From NCBI RefSeq assembly GCF_009914755.1, contig NC_060937.1: a DNA stretch of 64,000 bases; one strand, given 5' to 3'. Position 1 is the stretch's first letter; the number at the start of each line of letters is the position of its first letter. The notes under the pieces were generated by a model. The model did not search any database. It was given only the letters and a program-made list of their open reading frames with translations, and was not told the DNA's origin. A program made the position numbers and the translations under genes. The stretch is from the human T2T-CHM13v2.0 reference genome, Homo sapiens. This document shows positions 13,770-30,699 of the stretch, one piece after another.

Positions 13770-14500
13770 TGTTGTTATGCACTACCATGTAATAAAATAT
13801 TCATTTTAAATAGTGGCTCCAAACAGCAACAGTTTATTTTATCTCATATTTCTGAGTTGACTTGGCAATGCTTTTGCTGTATGTGGTGTTAGCTAAAGGG
13901 ATGGGATGGCTAAGCTCTCCAAAATGTCCTAAATTCCAGGGCTGGCATTTGCAGCCAGACATCAGCTAGGAACTCAGTTGGGCCTATAGACCAAAGAACT
14001 CAGTTTTCCTCCACATGGGCCTTTACATATTCAAGCTTGGACTTCCTCACAGCATCCATGTCTGGGTTCTCAAAACAAGAACTTGATGGCAGGGACAGAA
14101 GCTGTGCACTCTTAAGTCCCTGCCTCACATTGTAAACATTACTACTGCTCATTTTATTAGTTAAAACAAGTCACTGAGCAAGGCCAGGTTCAAGAGGAGG
14201 AAAAAGACCCCGTATGTCAGTGGGAATGTGTCAAAGAAGTTCTAGTCATCTTTATTTCAACACAGTTCACTCTCGGCTTAAAATTTATTTATAGTCTTCA
14301 CACATGTAAAATACATTCATTCTTATCCAAACTCTAATAATCTCTTCTCATTACAATATGAAAGTTCAGTCTAGATCCAAGTCTAGATTCTTGTTATTTA
14401 AATGTAATTAGGCATGGAGGAGGCTCTGCAAGGTCATTCCATGTGTGTGCACATGAATTAAAGTAATATATTATCTTCATCCTAAACAGCAAATTTACTA
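13770..14500 (-). mobile_element. MLT1G/H-type LTR (~13770-14263) plus adjoining MLT1 internal fragment
   Basis: gctaggaactcagttggg, ttcctccacatgggcc, cttcctcacagcat, ccaggttcaagaggagg; followed by int-like cacatgtaaaatacattcattc. An older MLT-like fragment may lie at ~13500-13750. Confidence 0.7.
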
Positions 14501-14675
14501 GCAGATAGTTTTTACTATTAAAATAAATATAGGATTTGGAGTTTTGTACTTCCTTCTTTGTTGGCAGACATTCAACAGCTATTTCATCCTCTGCCTGTTG
14601 ATATTAGTTAATGCTGCAGAGAATAATAAATGCAGATAAATGTGATAGAATGTGATGTATATGTATATGTATTTG

Positions 14676-14683
<8 letters not shown>

Positions 14684-14727
<44 letters not shown>
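14684..14727. repeat. (TG)n microsatellite
   Basis: Direct read: about 22 units. Confidence 0.97.
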
Positions 14728-14728
<1 letters not shown>

Positions 14729-14729
14729 C

Positions 14730-15250
14730 TGGTATGGAGCAGCTGGATGAATTTTCTAAACAAAGTTAAATGAAAAGTTTGACCATCAGGGTAAATTTTG
14801 AGTATAGAGCCAAAGGAAGTGAGATAGCAAGCCATGCAGAAATTGGAAAGTGACAGAAGTAGGAACATTTGTAAGGCCTTTCAATGATCTAGATGAGAAA
14901 CATTCGTGGCTTAGACCAGAGGATAAACTTGGCAGAGTAAGAAGAGATGAAATTCTGAACATTTTTGAAAATACTGTCCACAGATTTTCTGATAGATAGC
15001 ATGGGACAAGGGAGAGGAAGAAGTCAAGGAAGAATAACACCAATAATTTTTCCATGATGAATTTGAAGAATGGGTTGTCATTAGCTGACTTGGGAGAAAA
15101 TCTGCAGGGTAAACAAGTTTTGGTTAAAAGATTAAAGTATAAGTTTTTGATATGTTAAGCTTCTAATTCTTACTAGATTTCTAATAGAAATTGCCAACAA
15201 TACTAGGCTTTTGGACATTTGACGCTGAAATTCTGGTCAAATATGGGTGA
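14730..15250 (-). mobile_element. L2 LINE fragment
   Basis: Purine-rich degenerate L2 motifs (aaggaagtgagatagcaagccatgcaga, agagggaggaagaagtcaagga-like, aagtttttgatatgttaag). Confidence 0.65.
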
Positions 15251-15995
15251 CTACTCAAATAAAATGAGGATTAAGGATGGACCATTGGCTAAAGCAATGT
15301 CAAAGTTACCCGCATTCTTGAGAGAGCCATTTGAGTGGAGTGCTGGAGGTAGAAATCTGGCTCCAGTTCATTCACTCAGAATTAAAAGACAAAAACTGGA
15401 AATGCTGTATTTTGACCACTCTTCCATCTACAGCGTTAAGAAAGAACTTCGCAGTTTCTGCTGATGCCCTGAAGCAGATTTGTAAATTTTTAATAGCATA
15501 CCATCACAAAGAAAGTTTTCCATTGTCTAGTTCATTATAGAACATTTAGATGTGATAATCTAGAGGTATTATCCACATGTGGAGAAACTAAACAAGTTTA
15601 CAAAGAAGTTAGAATTATATCCTGATATAGGAAGTGGTAATACATTATGAAATATTCAATCAAAAGACTTGTTCAGAGTAATTCTGATATTTTAAGAAGA
15701 ATTATCTGAAAATAAAGCTGCCTGATTGAAGGTTAAAAGGCCGAATCCATTATAGGACTTTTCTTTTTAAAACTCTCACTAGCCAAGAATAGTTTACAGA
15801 TCTGGACATAGAAACACAAAGTTCTGAATTAAAATGTTAAGAAAAGAAAAAGTCATTTCTTTTCTTTATTTCCTTTGACAGAGAATTATATTTCAACTAA
15901 TTAGTCCATTGTATGAGTAGACATACTAGATACAAGTTAAGTGCTTCTGAAGCTGGAGTAGATGATTCAACATTTTTTGAATTGTTAGAGCTTAG

Positions 15996-16313
<318 letters not shown>

Positions 16314-16623
16314 TAATGTGGTCTTTTAATTGGTGAATTCATGCTCTGATATTCAGTGGTTTTCATATAGTAGGGATTGAAAATGATCAGGGAGGACTGA
16401 GTTTATACAACCTTTTAAAATTTTCGAGGTAGGAGCCTGACATCATGCTGCCTTCCTAGGCTTCTCAAAGTTTCCAAGTCCGGAGTTCCTTAGGTCATCC
16501 TCCTACTATAATATTATATGCCTGAAAATGTTCATTGATCATCTTTTCCTGCCTATATGCGTTCTTGCTCATCAAAATTGCATTGCAGCTGATTTCAATT
16601 AATTGCTAGAAGTTTGGTGATAA

Positions 16624-16777
16624 TTATTATTATTGCTGTTATTATTTTGTGTCTTGTGGAGATGGCAGGGTCTTGCTGTGTTGCTCAGGCTGGTCTTGAA
16701 CTCCTGGCTTCAAGTGATACTCCAGCCTGGGCTTTCCAAACTGCTGGTATTATAGGTGTGAGCCACTGCACCCAGCC
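16624..16777 (-). mobile_element. FLAM / Alu left monomer
   Basis: Single monomer gggtcttgctgtgttgctcaggctggtcttgaactcctgg...gcacccagcc with a (TTA)-rich tail. Confidence 0.85.
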
Positions 16778-17419
16778 TATGTTTTAATAAGTGTTAATTT
16801 AGGGTAAATAAATATGTTTCAAGTTAAGTCATTATTTGACAAATGTCAATTTTATAAAATTAGTTTTATTTTGTTCCAAGAAAAAAAAATCGATATCTAT
16901 ACACATTTTATAAATTGGGACAAATATCCCAATGAAAAAATTTGTATAACTTTATTAACATGAAATATTTAATATCTTTAACATACTTGAATCTCAATAA
17001 CATAAAGATAGCTTTCTAATATTTCCTTTTGAATTGTTATAGATTTCAGTTTATATCATAACACTGAGCAGTCTTAAACTTTCTAATCCCTTTATTATAA
17101 GAAAAGCAACAGAACAAGCAATTGAAAACAGGCAGTGAATAAATACTAAGCCTAATCATTCTATGGGAATTTGAATGTTGAAAGATAATACTATTTCCTT
17201 CTAAATGAATTACTAATAGATTTTTTACTCATAGAAACTTAGGCCATAGAAAAATGAAAGAATTTCAGCCTGTGGGAAGAAAAAAAGGCATTGGTTAGAA
17301 AGAGAAATAGGTATTTTTCTAAATTATATGTCTATTTTCTTTAGCAGTATGCCTGGAATGTACTACTGAATTTGCTTGTCTTGGTTCTCTACATGATTTT
17401 ACTCAATAAATTTTGAAGC

Positions 17420-17880
17420 CATTTATTCATCTAATTTTTCTTTTAATATTCATTTTCTGCTTGCTGGATGATGTGGGATACAACCATAAAGGAAAGAGTT
17501 TTGTCCCCCAAAATATATTGGGAATGAAAATATTTTTAAGTAAAAAGTAGATTTACAACACAGTACATGAAGTAGTATAATAGCAATATGCATAAAGGTT
17601 GGGTATGTAATTCAGATTATGGGTGAGGAGTCATGGGGAGATACATCATGAAAAGTCTTCCCATGTAAAGGGATGACTTGGCCGAGACCTCGAGAACAAG
17701 AAACTAGAAGTCCAAGACAAGTATATGTTTGAATGTTTAGGACAGAGATAGAGCATGGCCCATTAAGGGAATGGAGTGTAACTAAATATTGCTGTAGCCT
17801 GTCATTTGAAAGAACCTAGTAGTAAGTATTAAGGTGGGAATAGTAAGCAGGATGAAGATGATTAAAGGTATCCTTGTTAA
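17420..17880 (-). mobile_element. L2 fragment
   Basis: ccatttattcatc ... gctggatgatgtgggataca ... degenerate L2 3' region. Confidence 0.55.
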
Positions 17881-17896
17881 ATCAGTTTAAAAAAAA

Positions 17897-18302
<406 letters not shown>

Positions 18303-18400
18303 TGAAAAAGCACAATTTGTTGTCTGGCCTGTGTTGACTAATCTCACCTCACTGACTTAAGTAATATGACATAGTATATGATTTGAGTGATAGTGTGTAC

Positions 18401-18443
18401 ATCTATCTATCTATCTATTGATCGATCGATCGATTGATCTATC
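18401..18443. repeat. (ATCT)n/(ATCG)n tetranucleotide repeat
   Basis: atctatctatctatctattgatcgatcgatcgattgatctatc. Confidence 0.9.
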
Positions 18444-19254
18444 AACTGTCTAACCACCATATTAGGTGTCTAAAATAATACCATTAATACTGTGCACTGC
18501 TCATCTTGGATATTTTTTTAAAAGCCAAGAAACAGTTAAAGATTGCTTAGCACAGAAATTGCAGGTTTATTGCTTCCACATCAAAGTTATACTAAGGGAT
18601 TCTCATTTTACCTGTCCTTGCAGGGAGAGGAAAGGGAGAGAGTGAGGGATTGAACAAAAGAAGTATTCACATGGATCACTCTTACATTTAAGAGGTAGAT
18701 CTGTACCACAGTTTCATGAAAGAGAACTATCAAGCTTGGGACAAAAAAAAAAAATCTCTGTTCTTACTTTATTCTATTATGTGTTGAGATATGGATGATG
18801 GATGGACCCTCTATAAAAGACATTTTTAAACCTTCGTCTCAACCTCATATGTGTTTAGACTGGGGGAGACTCGTAGGACAAAAAAGCAAACGAGGAAGAA
18901 ATGGAAACTCTTTTAGCATCCAGTTATATTTCAGAAGGTACAGTTGAAAAGAGACTAGTGTACAACAATCCCTTTCAGTAAATTACAAAGTACAGTCACC
19001 AATAGCAAGGGACGCCTAGATGATCAGCCCCTGAAATGACCTCCAGATGCCTTCCATTTTGCTACCTCATTACATGTTAGAAAGGATCACATTTCAAGAT
19101 ACATTAATTTATTTATGCTCTGTCATGTTTCTTAAAATATGTGGAATGGCATATTATATGTCCATCTATTATAGATAGACATATGGCAAAATGATAAAAT
19201 ATAAATTTAAAGGAAAAGGATCAGAAAATAACATGAATTAAAGAATAATTTCTT

Positions 19255-19402
19255 GGCCCAGCACGGTGGCTTGCACCTACTCCCAGCTACTCCACAGGTT
19301 TAGGTGGGGGGATCACTTGATGCCAGGAGTTTGAGATCAGTCTGAGCAACATAGCAAGTCCATGTCCCTAAAACAAAACATTTTTCATTAAAAAAAAAAA
19401 AA
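19255..19402 (+). mobile_element. FLAM monomer
   Basis: ggcccagcacggtggc...ggatcacttgatgccaggagtttgagatcagtctgagcaacatagc plus A-rich tail. Confidence 0.85.
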
Positions 19403-20156
19403 GAATAAGTTTTAAACTTAGAGATAAACTTGATCACAATTATAGAAAAAACAATTTTGAATTCAATTGCTATAAAATGCAGCTTAAAATAGGCTTTGGT
19501 TATTTTGGTAGTCAAAATGAAAATAATAAACAGTCTTTTTAGATAGTTCTTATTGTTAATAAAGAGGTGTTGCATCAGCTCTCAAGAAAAAAAAAAAAAA
19601 AGTCTTGCCATGTAGTTATAACAACAAATACTGTTCTCTGGTATCTCTTATCTGAAAAAAAAAAAAAGGAAAAAAAGAAAAGGATAATCAAGATAATTAT
19701 CTTCTGAATTCTTTCCTTTTCATTTCAGTGCAAATTGTCTTGGGTTGTCTAAGAACAACGCTTTCTCAGGCCCCCTTCACTCCCTCCAGTTGGGCTTTCA
19801 TCCTATCATTTATGTCAAGTTAATTTCGCCAGAGTCACAGGCTTAACATTAAGATGCCCTTTGTTTTTAGGTTTTGACAATGTCAAAATCATCCTAACTT
19901 TTATTTAATCTTATTTAAAATTTCTGAAAAATGGATAGTTCATTATAGTAGTCATGATAAATAAAACCAGCTTCAGGATTTTATAGCACTTTTAAGGAAA
20001 AAAGAAAGGGAAAATAAAAAATACATATACTAGGAATATCACTAAAATGATACAAATTTACATCTTTCATGAACACAAAATATTTCCTGCATAGTAGAAA
20101 CAAACACAGTTGATCCTGTAGAATTTTCTCAAATAATATTTTTAAAAAATAAATAG

Positions 20157-21669
<1,513 letters not shown>

Positions 21670-21900
21670 CCCAGTAACCTCCTTGGCATTTACTCAAGTA
21701 AATTGAAAACTTACAAAGGCAGAAACCTGCACTTGGGTGATTGTAGCATCTTTATTCATAACTACTCAAACTTAGAAATAATATGTTGATTATATTATTT
21801 CTAATATATATAGATGAATAAGTAGATGAATAAGATGGATACACTGTAGTACATCCAGGCAATGGAATATTATCCAGTGCTAACCACAAATGAGCCATCA
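21670..21900 (+). mobile_element. L1MC-type fragment (end of ORF2 and 3'UTR)
   Basis: ctccttggcatttactcaag..ttgaaaactta; gtacatccaggcaatggaatattatccagtgct. Confidence 0.75.
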
Positions 21901-21929
21901 CAGTTTCTCTCTTATTTTTGCTTGTATAA

Positions 21930-22540
21930 AATCTGTTATTCACAGAGAAACCAATGAGTTCTATTAAAATTGGAAATCAGATCTTGTCATGTCTCTTGCT
22001 GAAAATTCCACACTGGTTTCCCATCCCATTTAGAATAATTTCGCAACTGTTTACCAAGGTGTATAATGTCAAACCTGACCTTCTCTCAGCTGATCTCTGA
22101 GATCTGATCTTCTGCCACGCTTCCTTTCTCCCACTTAGAGGCACACATTCTGGTCTTCTAACTTACCATGAGTTATGCCAAACTCTTTTCCATTTTAGTG
22201 ACCTTGCACTAATAACTCCATCTGTCAATAATGAGTTTTATGTAACCTTTGTATGTCTGCCTCCTTCATGACATTTAGGCCTCAGTTTAAATATAATCTA
22301 CTTAGAGATATCATCTTTAATACCCAATATAAAGTATTACTCAGTGGTTATCTCTTCTCACTGTAAATATTTACATATTTTCCCCTTACATATTATTAGT
22401 TCATATATTTGTTCCCTTCTCTATAATTTTGTCTTCAAAGAGTAGAAACTATCTAATTTATCAATGTATTTGAGATGTAAAACAAAGTGCCAAGTCTGCA
22501 GGAAACAATAAATATTTGCCAAATTGATGAAAGTGGATGT
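21930..22540 (+). mobile_element. L2a 3' region
   Basis: aaatcagatcttgtcatgtctcttgctgaaa ... caataaatatttgccaaattgatgaa. Confidence 0.75.
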
Positions 22541-23129
22541 GCATAAATCATTCTTTATAGGGAAACTTAATAGAGCACTGTGTTGTAATGGGCAGTGTTT
22601 TCATCAAAACTCCCTCAGGAAAAAAAGCTTTCAAAAGGCTTTGCAGTTGCTATTTTGTCTTATTGTGTTTGTTTGCTTTTAAGACAGCAATCCTCAATAG
22701 AAGTGGAGGAATAAATACCAAAATACTCCAGAAAGACTCAAGATAATATGATTTATGTTATTGGTTACTATTAGCCTGGATTAATGTAAAATATAAGACT
22801 TAAAATATATAATCAAGCTTTTTAAAAGTTTGTAATCAATAAACATGACGACTAGATAAAAAGTCCTTCAGCAAAAATACATACTCAAATGCAGTGTGTG
22901 CTCAAATTTTCATACAATTTCAGCAGGTTCACATTCTATGTAACATATATTTATTATCTTCTTTCACTGAATGATAAAATCTAACAGAATAAAATCCATA
23001 TTAGTTTATGTTATCACTGGTAAAGGTCATATGCTCTCAAAGTAAAATGTAAAGAAAGTTTTTAAGCAGTCACCTTGGGGTTGTATTATCTGTTAGGAGT
23101 TGTATGTAATCTGTGACATTAGCAATTAA

Positions 23130-23770
23130 ACATACACTGTAAAAGTGAGCCCAAAATTTCTTTAACAAATAGTAAATGCTTTTACTGTAAATACTGTATT
23201 AAACTCTGGGGACTAATGGGTACTATAAAATGAATTTAAAATAATAGATTCCTTAAGAATTGTATAATCCATAAGTCAAAATAGACATAGAAACATATAA
23301 CTCTAATTATTAAATATATATAATAACTGATTTATACACAGGATATTTTAGTACCATGGTGACTATATTGACTCAACTAGGACCATTGCAGAGAGTGATA
23401 TTAAGTTTTTCTGACATAATTCTTCAATAAACTTAATTTAAAAAAAATATAAAGGAGAACAATGTACAGAGAGTTTAGAATAATTAGTATAAAAATTTTT
23501 ATAAACATGCTTATCACACACATATGCAAACAGTTGAGAATGAATTTTAAAATCAAGATAGCAATATATGGACTGGAAGATAGGTCACTCAAATAATTTA
23601 AGTAGGAATGATATAGCAGTTGTGGTTGTATTTTCAGTAGATCATTCTGACTGTATTTTGGAGACTGAATTCAAATTATCCTTGGGACTAGGGGTAGAAT
23701 ACAGAGTCAAATACAATCATCCTGGTTGAAATGGTTAAGGCCTGATTTAGGTAAATAGTAGTTGAGAAAT
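23130..23770 (-). mobile_element. L2 fragments
   Basis: gtattaaactctggggac, gatcattctgactgtattttggag and similar; highly diverged. Confidence 0.5.
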
Positions 23771-23774
23771 ATGA

Positions 23775-24155
23775 TGTATTAGTTTTCTAGGGTTGCCATA
23801 ACAAAGTACTAGAGATTGGGTAGCTTAAACAACAGAAATTAATTTTCTCACAGTTCTGGAGGTTAGAAGTCCAGTATCATGGTGTTGACTGTAGTGGTTT
23901 AATTCTCTCTGCTTGGCTTGAAGATAGCCACCTTCTTCCCTTGTCTTCACATGGTGCTTACTTGTGCATATAAGTGTCCTAAATCCCTTCTTTTCATAAG
24001 GACACTAGTCATAGTAGAATCTGGCTCATCTCAAGGACCCAAGTTAACCTACTTACTTCTTTAAAAACTGTGTCTCCAAATATGGTCACATTCCAAGAAA
24101 ATGGGGAAGGAAGTCGCCATAGGAACTTTGGAGGGACACAACTAAGTCCCTAATA
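23775..24155 (-). mobile_element. MLT1B-type solo LTR
   Basis: tgtattagttttctagggttgccataacaaagtac ... tctccaaatatggtcacattc ... gagggacacaactaagtccctaata. Confidence 0.88.
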
Positions 24156-24273
24156 TATGAAAAAGAATTACTTTAGTAAATACTTAAAGGAATTAAGGGA
24201 AGATGGAGTAATGGTTTGAGTCTGGACATATAAAAATGTCATTATTGCAACCACATTTCTCTCTCTCTTGATT

Positions 24274-24283
24274 GGTAGGTAGG

Positions 24284-24331
<48 letters not shown>

Positions 24332-24344
24332 AAGATAGATAGAT
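24274..24344. repeat. (TAGG)n(TAGA)n STR
   Basis: Direct read: about 12 uninterrupted TAGA units. Confidence 0.97.
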
Positions 24345-24498
24345 GTATAACATATAATATTTCTACCAATCTTTACTTTTTGAGAAATACAACATCAGGG
24401 CGAATTTTTTTTTGCTAAAAGCAAGTGATTCTTACTATGAAGCAGGAGAGCAAATGCCAAATCAGAATAAAACCAAGAATCAGGAAGAATGACCAAGG

Positions 24499-24676
24499 TA
24501 GTAGTTCTCACCTTGGATGCACATTGGAATCACATGAAGAGTTTCTAAAAACATATTTATGCCAGGGTTCCACCTCAGCACAATTAACTACCAACCTATT
24601 GGGTGAAAACTGAGCCACAACAGTTTCCAAAATCTCCCGATGATCCCAGAGTGTAGTGAGGATTAAGAGCCACTGG
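24499..24676. mobile_element. MER5B-type hAT-Charlie MITE
   Basis: TIR-like tagtagttctca ... taagagccactg; gcacattggaatcac. Confidence 0.8.
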
Positions 24677-25061
24677 ACTGGAAGAACAATGTGAAGAGAA
24701 GAAGTAGAATGACAAAGCAACTGGAATAAAATTGGAACTTGTAAGGCCTCATCAGATTTCACGGTGCAACTAGGAATCAACATAGACTGAGCAAGTTCAA
24801 TGTAAGGGGCAGGATTACAGAAAACAGCTTATGCAACAGAGGGCCTAGCCAGGAAGAACTTCAAAAAATATGCCATTGTTTCCATGACTGTAAACACCAT
24901 GAGCCTATAACCTTAAAACAAATTATATGTTATTGGATGAATCAACCCAAGTGCTTTTATTAATGACATGTTTGTGTGCACGTGTGTGCATGTGTGTAAC
25001 AACATGTTAATGTTTGTGATTTTAACATTGAAGTCTCTTCAAGCATCAAGATAATATTTGC

Positions 25062-25353
25062 GGCCAGGAGCGGTGGCTCACGCCTGTAATCCCAGCACTT
25101 TGGGAGGCCGAGGTGGGTGGATCACAAGTTCAGGAGTTCGAGACCAGCCTGACCAAAATGGTGAAACACCATCTCTACTAAAAATACAAAAATTAGCCGG
25201 GCATGGTGGTGCAAGCCTGTAGTCCCAGCTACTCAGGAGGCTGAGGCAGGAGAATTGCTTGAACCCGGGAGGCAGAGGTCACAGTGAACCAAGATTGCCC
25301 CACTGCACTCTTGCCTGGGTGACGGAGCGAGACTCCATCACAAAAAAAAAAAA
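25062..25353 (+). mobile_element. AluSg
   Basis: ggatcacaagttcaggagttcgagaccagcc; TSD aag(a/g)taatatttg. Confidence 0.93.
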
Positions 25354-27018
25354 AAGGTAATATTTGTATATTTGCTCCTGCACAATGCACCACAGCAGAA
25401 AAGTCTGTGTGGAAATAAACATTGGAAATCTAGGAATTGAAGGGGATCAGCCATCCGAAGCATGGGCTGAGTTTTCAACAAGGGATGTGCATAAAATCAA
25501 CTCCCTCCAAAAAAAAGTCAATATCAAGCCTAACCCAGAGAGCCAGTCAGGTACATACTTCCCCAACAATGTTATTTCTCTTCTTTCTCTGCCCTCCATT
25601 TCACCTGGAAGAGTCACAGTTAAGAGTCACCAAGTAATGGAAGAAGTGAGCAAAAATGGGAAAGCAATCCCACAGCTTCCGCAAAGTCTGACTCCCATGA
25701 GCCACAGGCCTGGCTAAGGGAAAGAAGAAAACTTCTTGTTCACTGAAGCATAGAGGGCTAATTAAAGATATTGGAACAGAGTTGTAATTCCTGAATTGAG
25801 TATGTGTTTTGTAATTTGTGGTGACCATAGGAATTTTGGTTAAACTAAAAGAATCCATAAAAGTTATAGGATCTACTTAAGTTTCATACAGAGAAACAGG
25901 AAGAATTATTTTTATTTTGTATTTTATAAGTTAAAAGAGACACTCTAGGAACAAATTCTTTTTAATTACACCCTGTTATAATAAGCAAGGAAAACAAGCA
26001 CAAGAAGAGATGTGGCCCAACAAAATCTCTTATCCAAAACACTGGCAGATCAGAGTTGGTTTCTAGTGAACAGATGATACAAATTATATAAGGTGACAAG
26101 AATTCCCCTGCAGAAAATAAAACAATACTGTAACTTCCTTTTTGATGGCCAATATCATTAAATGCATTAGAATAGTCCCAGTTGAGAATCATTGTTATGA
26201 AGCCTTCATAGAGTAACTCAATATAAAGGAAGCTGCATTCTGGAAGATAACCTGGGCTCAGAAAATAAAAAGAAAAATCTTGTTTTATTTTAGTTTGGCA
26301 TCTGGTTAAGGTGGGAGACTCTGGCTGAAGTCAAAAAGTGATGCCGTTTATAGATTGTGTGTGGACCACAGTAACTGGCCACATGTGAACTAATGTAGCT
26401 CTAATCTTAAAATCAAACTAGAAAACACCAGTGAAGGCTCTAAGTCCTGGCCCAGAGAAAGTTCAAAAGACTATTGAATAAGCTTCTATGAGTGATGTGA
26501 TTAATTTTTAATGTCAATGTTACATGGCAAAGTAACAGTATTGATAGTGTTGGCTTTATCAGCTCCCATCTTCCTCACTTTGGAAGGAGATCTTAACCTC
26601 TTTGGACTAAATAACCCTGAATTTCTAGATTATCATGGCTTCATAAAAAGCTTCATAAAAAATGATAAAAAATTAAAAAGAAAAAAGTAAAAATGTAGAT
26701 TTTCTGACAACTTTTGTAAATGCAGACTACAGCTATTAGTTGAGTTAAAAAGGAAGCAAAATACAAATGTGATTATTTCACAAAATACTGAAGCCTACCA
26801 TAATAGCTACATAGAGAAGCTTGTACCTCTTTAAGTGTCCATTACTTTTTTCCTAGTGTACTTCTAAAACTCTGTGTGTATATATATGTTTGTTTTGCTC
26901 TTCTAAAATTCTGTGTGTATATACATGTTCACACTATATACTATACTATATACTATATAGACTAGATACTATATATACTGTACAGTTAATACATTTATTT
27001 TAAAAACAAATACTTATT

Positions 27019-28702
<1,684 letters not shown>

Positions 28703-29639
28703 AAAGAAATACTTATTATTTATTTACTTTTAATAATGTTCTCCTTTTCTATTTTTTTCAGTAAAAAGAGAGAGTATTCCCTCCAGACAAAGGCTTTCAA
28801 GCAACCACAGGAGAAAATGCCCTGTGTAGGGATAATGAATATTAATCTAAAATAATTTTTTCTAATATATGGTTTAATTCCATCGCATTTCAGTTTCTCT
28901 GTTTAGAGGCACACTTTGGTCTGAAGGTAGTCTATTAGAGTGTTACCCTAATGACTTATCATTAACAATTATACACTTTATGGGACTGAACCCTTCTGAA
29001 AAGAAGCTTATTTGGTCATTCTCTGTAAGTATGTTCACATGTGCGTATCACAATACTCATAGTACACATATGAGGTCATAGTATCATGTGTTCCCCAACT
29101 TCCTTTATCCCCCCTTCTTTCCTCCAAATTCTACTTATTTTGTTCATACATTTCCTTCAAACCTGTGGTTTTGTATCTCCTACAAGTCTGTGTAATAACA
29201 GGGAGGCACAGGAGCACATTAGGAAACAGAATAAAGTGGGGAAGACCTAAATGTGTTCCATCAGAAAAGGGATCTGAATTTATATATCTGAGCCTAAACT
29301 TGAAAAAAAAAGTTTTTACTTAAAAATATCATCTCAGCCTTGGAGTTTCCTCTCATTAAAAGGCAGAAAATCTTTAGCAAGAACAGGAAAAGAACAATAA
29401 AAAGATTATGCAGCTCTGGAAATAAGCATGTATACTGAAAAGATAATATTTGTTTGTTTTAAAAGGCTAACAGATTTAATCTAACGACATAACCACACGT
29501 GCAAAGTGAGTGCATTCCACAGCATGACTGAAGTGTAGTTTAAGCTCTCTTAACAACTGATGATTGCATCCAGACTGATCCAGTCCCGATACGTATGAAT
29601 AACGAAGATAACCAAAAGAATTATTGCATTTGCTGCAAC

Positions 29640-30027
29640 TGTTAGCAGCAGTGAATCAGTTTGGATGAATGGCAACCTCAATTTTTGCCTCCTCAGGAGA
29701 AATAATTCAACCAGAGGGCATAAGGCAGATGGAGAGACTGAGGCAAGCTTTAGAGCAGGATTGAAAGTTTGTTAAAAAGTTTTAGAGCAGGAACCAAAGG
29801 AAGTACACTTGGAAGAGAGCCAAGAGGGCAACTTGAGTGATGCAAGTACTTGATTTGACCTTTGACTTGAGGTTTTATACATTAGCATTTCGCATGCTCA
29901 GTGGCCTGCCAGCACTTGAGAGGGGCCATATGTGAACTTCAATATGTTCACTGAAGTTGTATGCACGCTCACTTGAAGCATTCTTTCCTTACCAGTCAAA
30001 TGTTCCTAGGGGAAGGTCATATACCAG
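29640..30027 (-). mobile_element. MER50 (ERV1) LTR, 3' portion only
   Basis: gcaacctcaatttttgcctcctcag, gggcataaggcaga, gaggcaagctttagagcagga, aggggaaggtcatataccag. Confidence 0.8.
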
Positions 30028-30306
30028 CGAAACCCTGGCAGAGGGAGTCTAATTGAGCTGATTAACACAAGCCGCCTGCGGATTGCAAAACTGAAAGAGC
30101 ACATTGTAACACATGCCCACTGGGGCTTCTGGAGCTATAAACACTCAATCCTAGACTCTGCAGTGGGGTCCGGACCCCCAAAATACCCCCCATGACCTGC
30201 CCATCTGCATGCTCCCCCTAGGCGTTTGAGCATTGGGGCACCTAAGAAGCTAGCCTCACCCCTGTCGCATACCCTGGAGGGGGATAAGGGAACTCCTCCC
30301 ATTTCA
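30028..30306 (+). mobile_element. LTR9-family (ERV1) LTR, 3' portion only
   Basis: gtctaattgagctgattaacacaagccgcc, gtaacacatgcccactggggcttc; ends gggaactcctcccatttca. Confidence 0.8.
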
Positions 30307-30699
30307 ACATTTCATAACAGACAAAGAAATTCACTTATCACTTAAACCTGTTTCTCATTTTTGCCCCACCTTAAGATAGGTCTAGGAAGGCTTTTGTAGC
30401 AGAGGCCTTATAGTACTTTTACCACATTTCAACCTTGCTCTGATTTGAACCAAATCTGTAGGAGGTGATTCCATAAAATGTTAGATTCCTCTCATAGCTG
30501 GCAGGTTTTTTATCTTAAACCAGAGTACTTTATCGTTTCTCATTCTCTTCCAGGGCTTTCTCCAAGCCCATAGAAGTTTAGTTTGCTCAATTTCTCCTCA
30601 ATTTCCAGAGCTCAGCCGGTTCTTAAACCTAGATCTCATTGATTAAGAGGGAGACTAAGATCTTTTAAGAAAAAATTGTAAAATATCACTGTAAATGTA

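Noticed and set aside
19560-19680. Very strong minus-strand polypyrimidine/AG acceptor near 19652
   Set aside because: It is a poly-A run on the + strand, with no convincing downstream donor.
25364-25858. Overlapping ORFs of 117, 66 and 85 aa in unique sequence
   Set aside because: No recognisable protein similarity or matched splice sites; consistent with chance.
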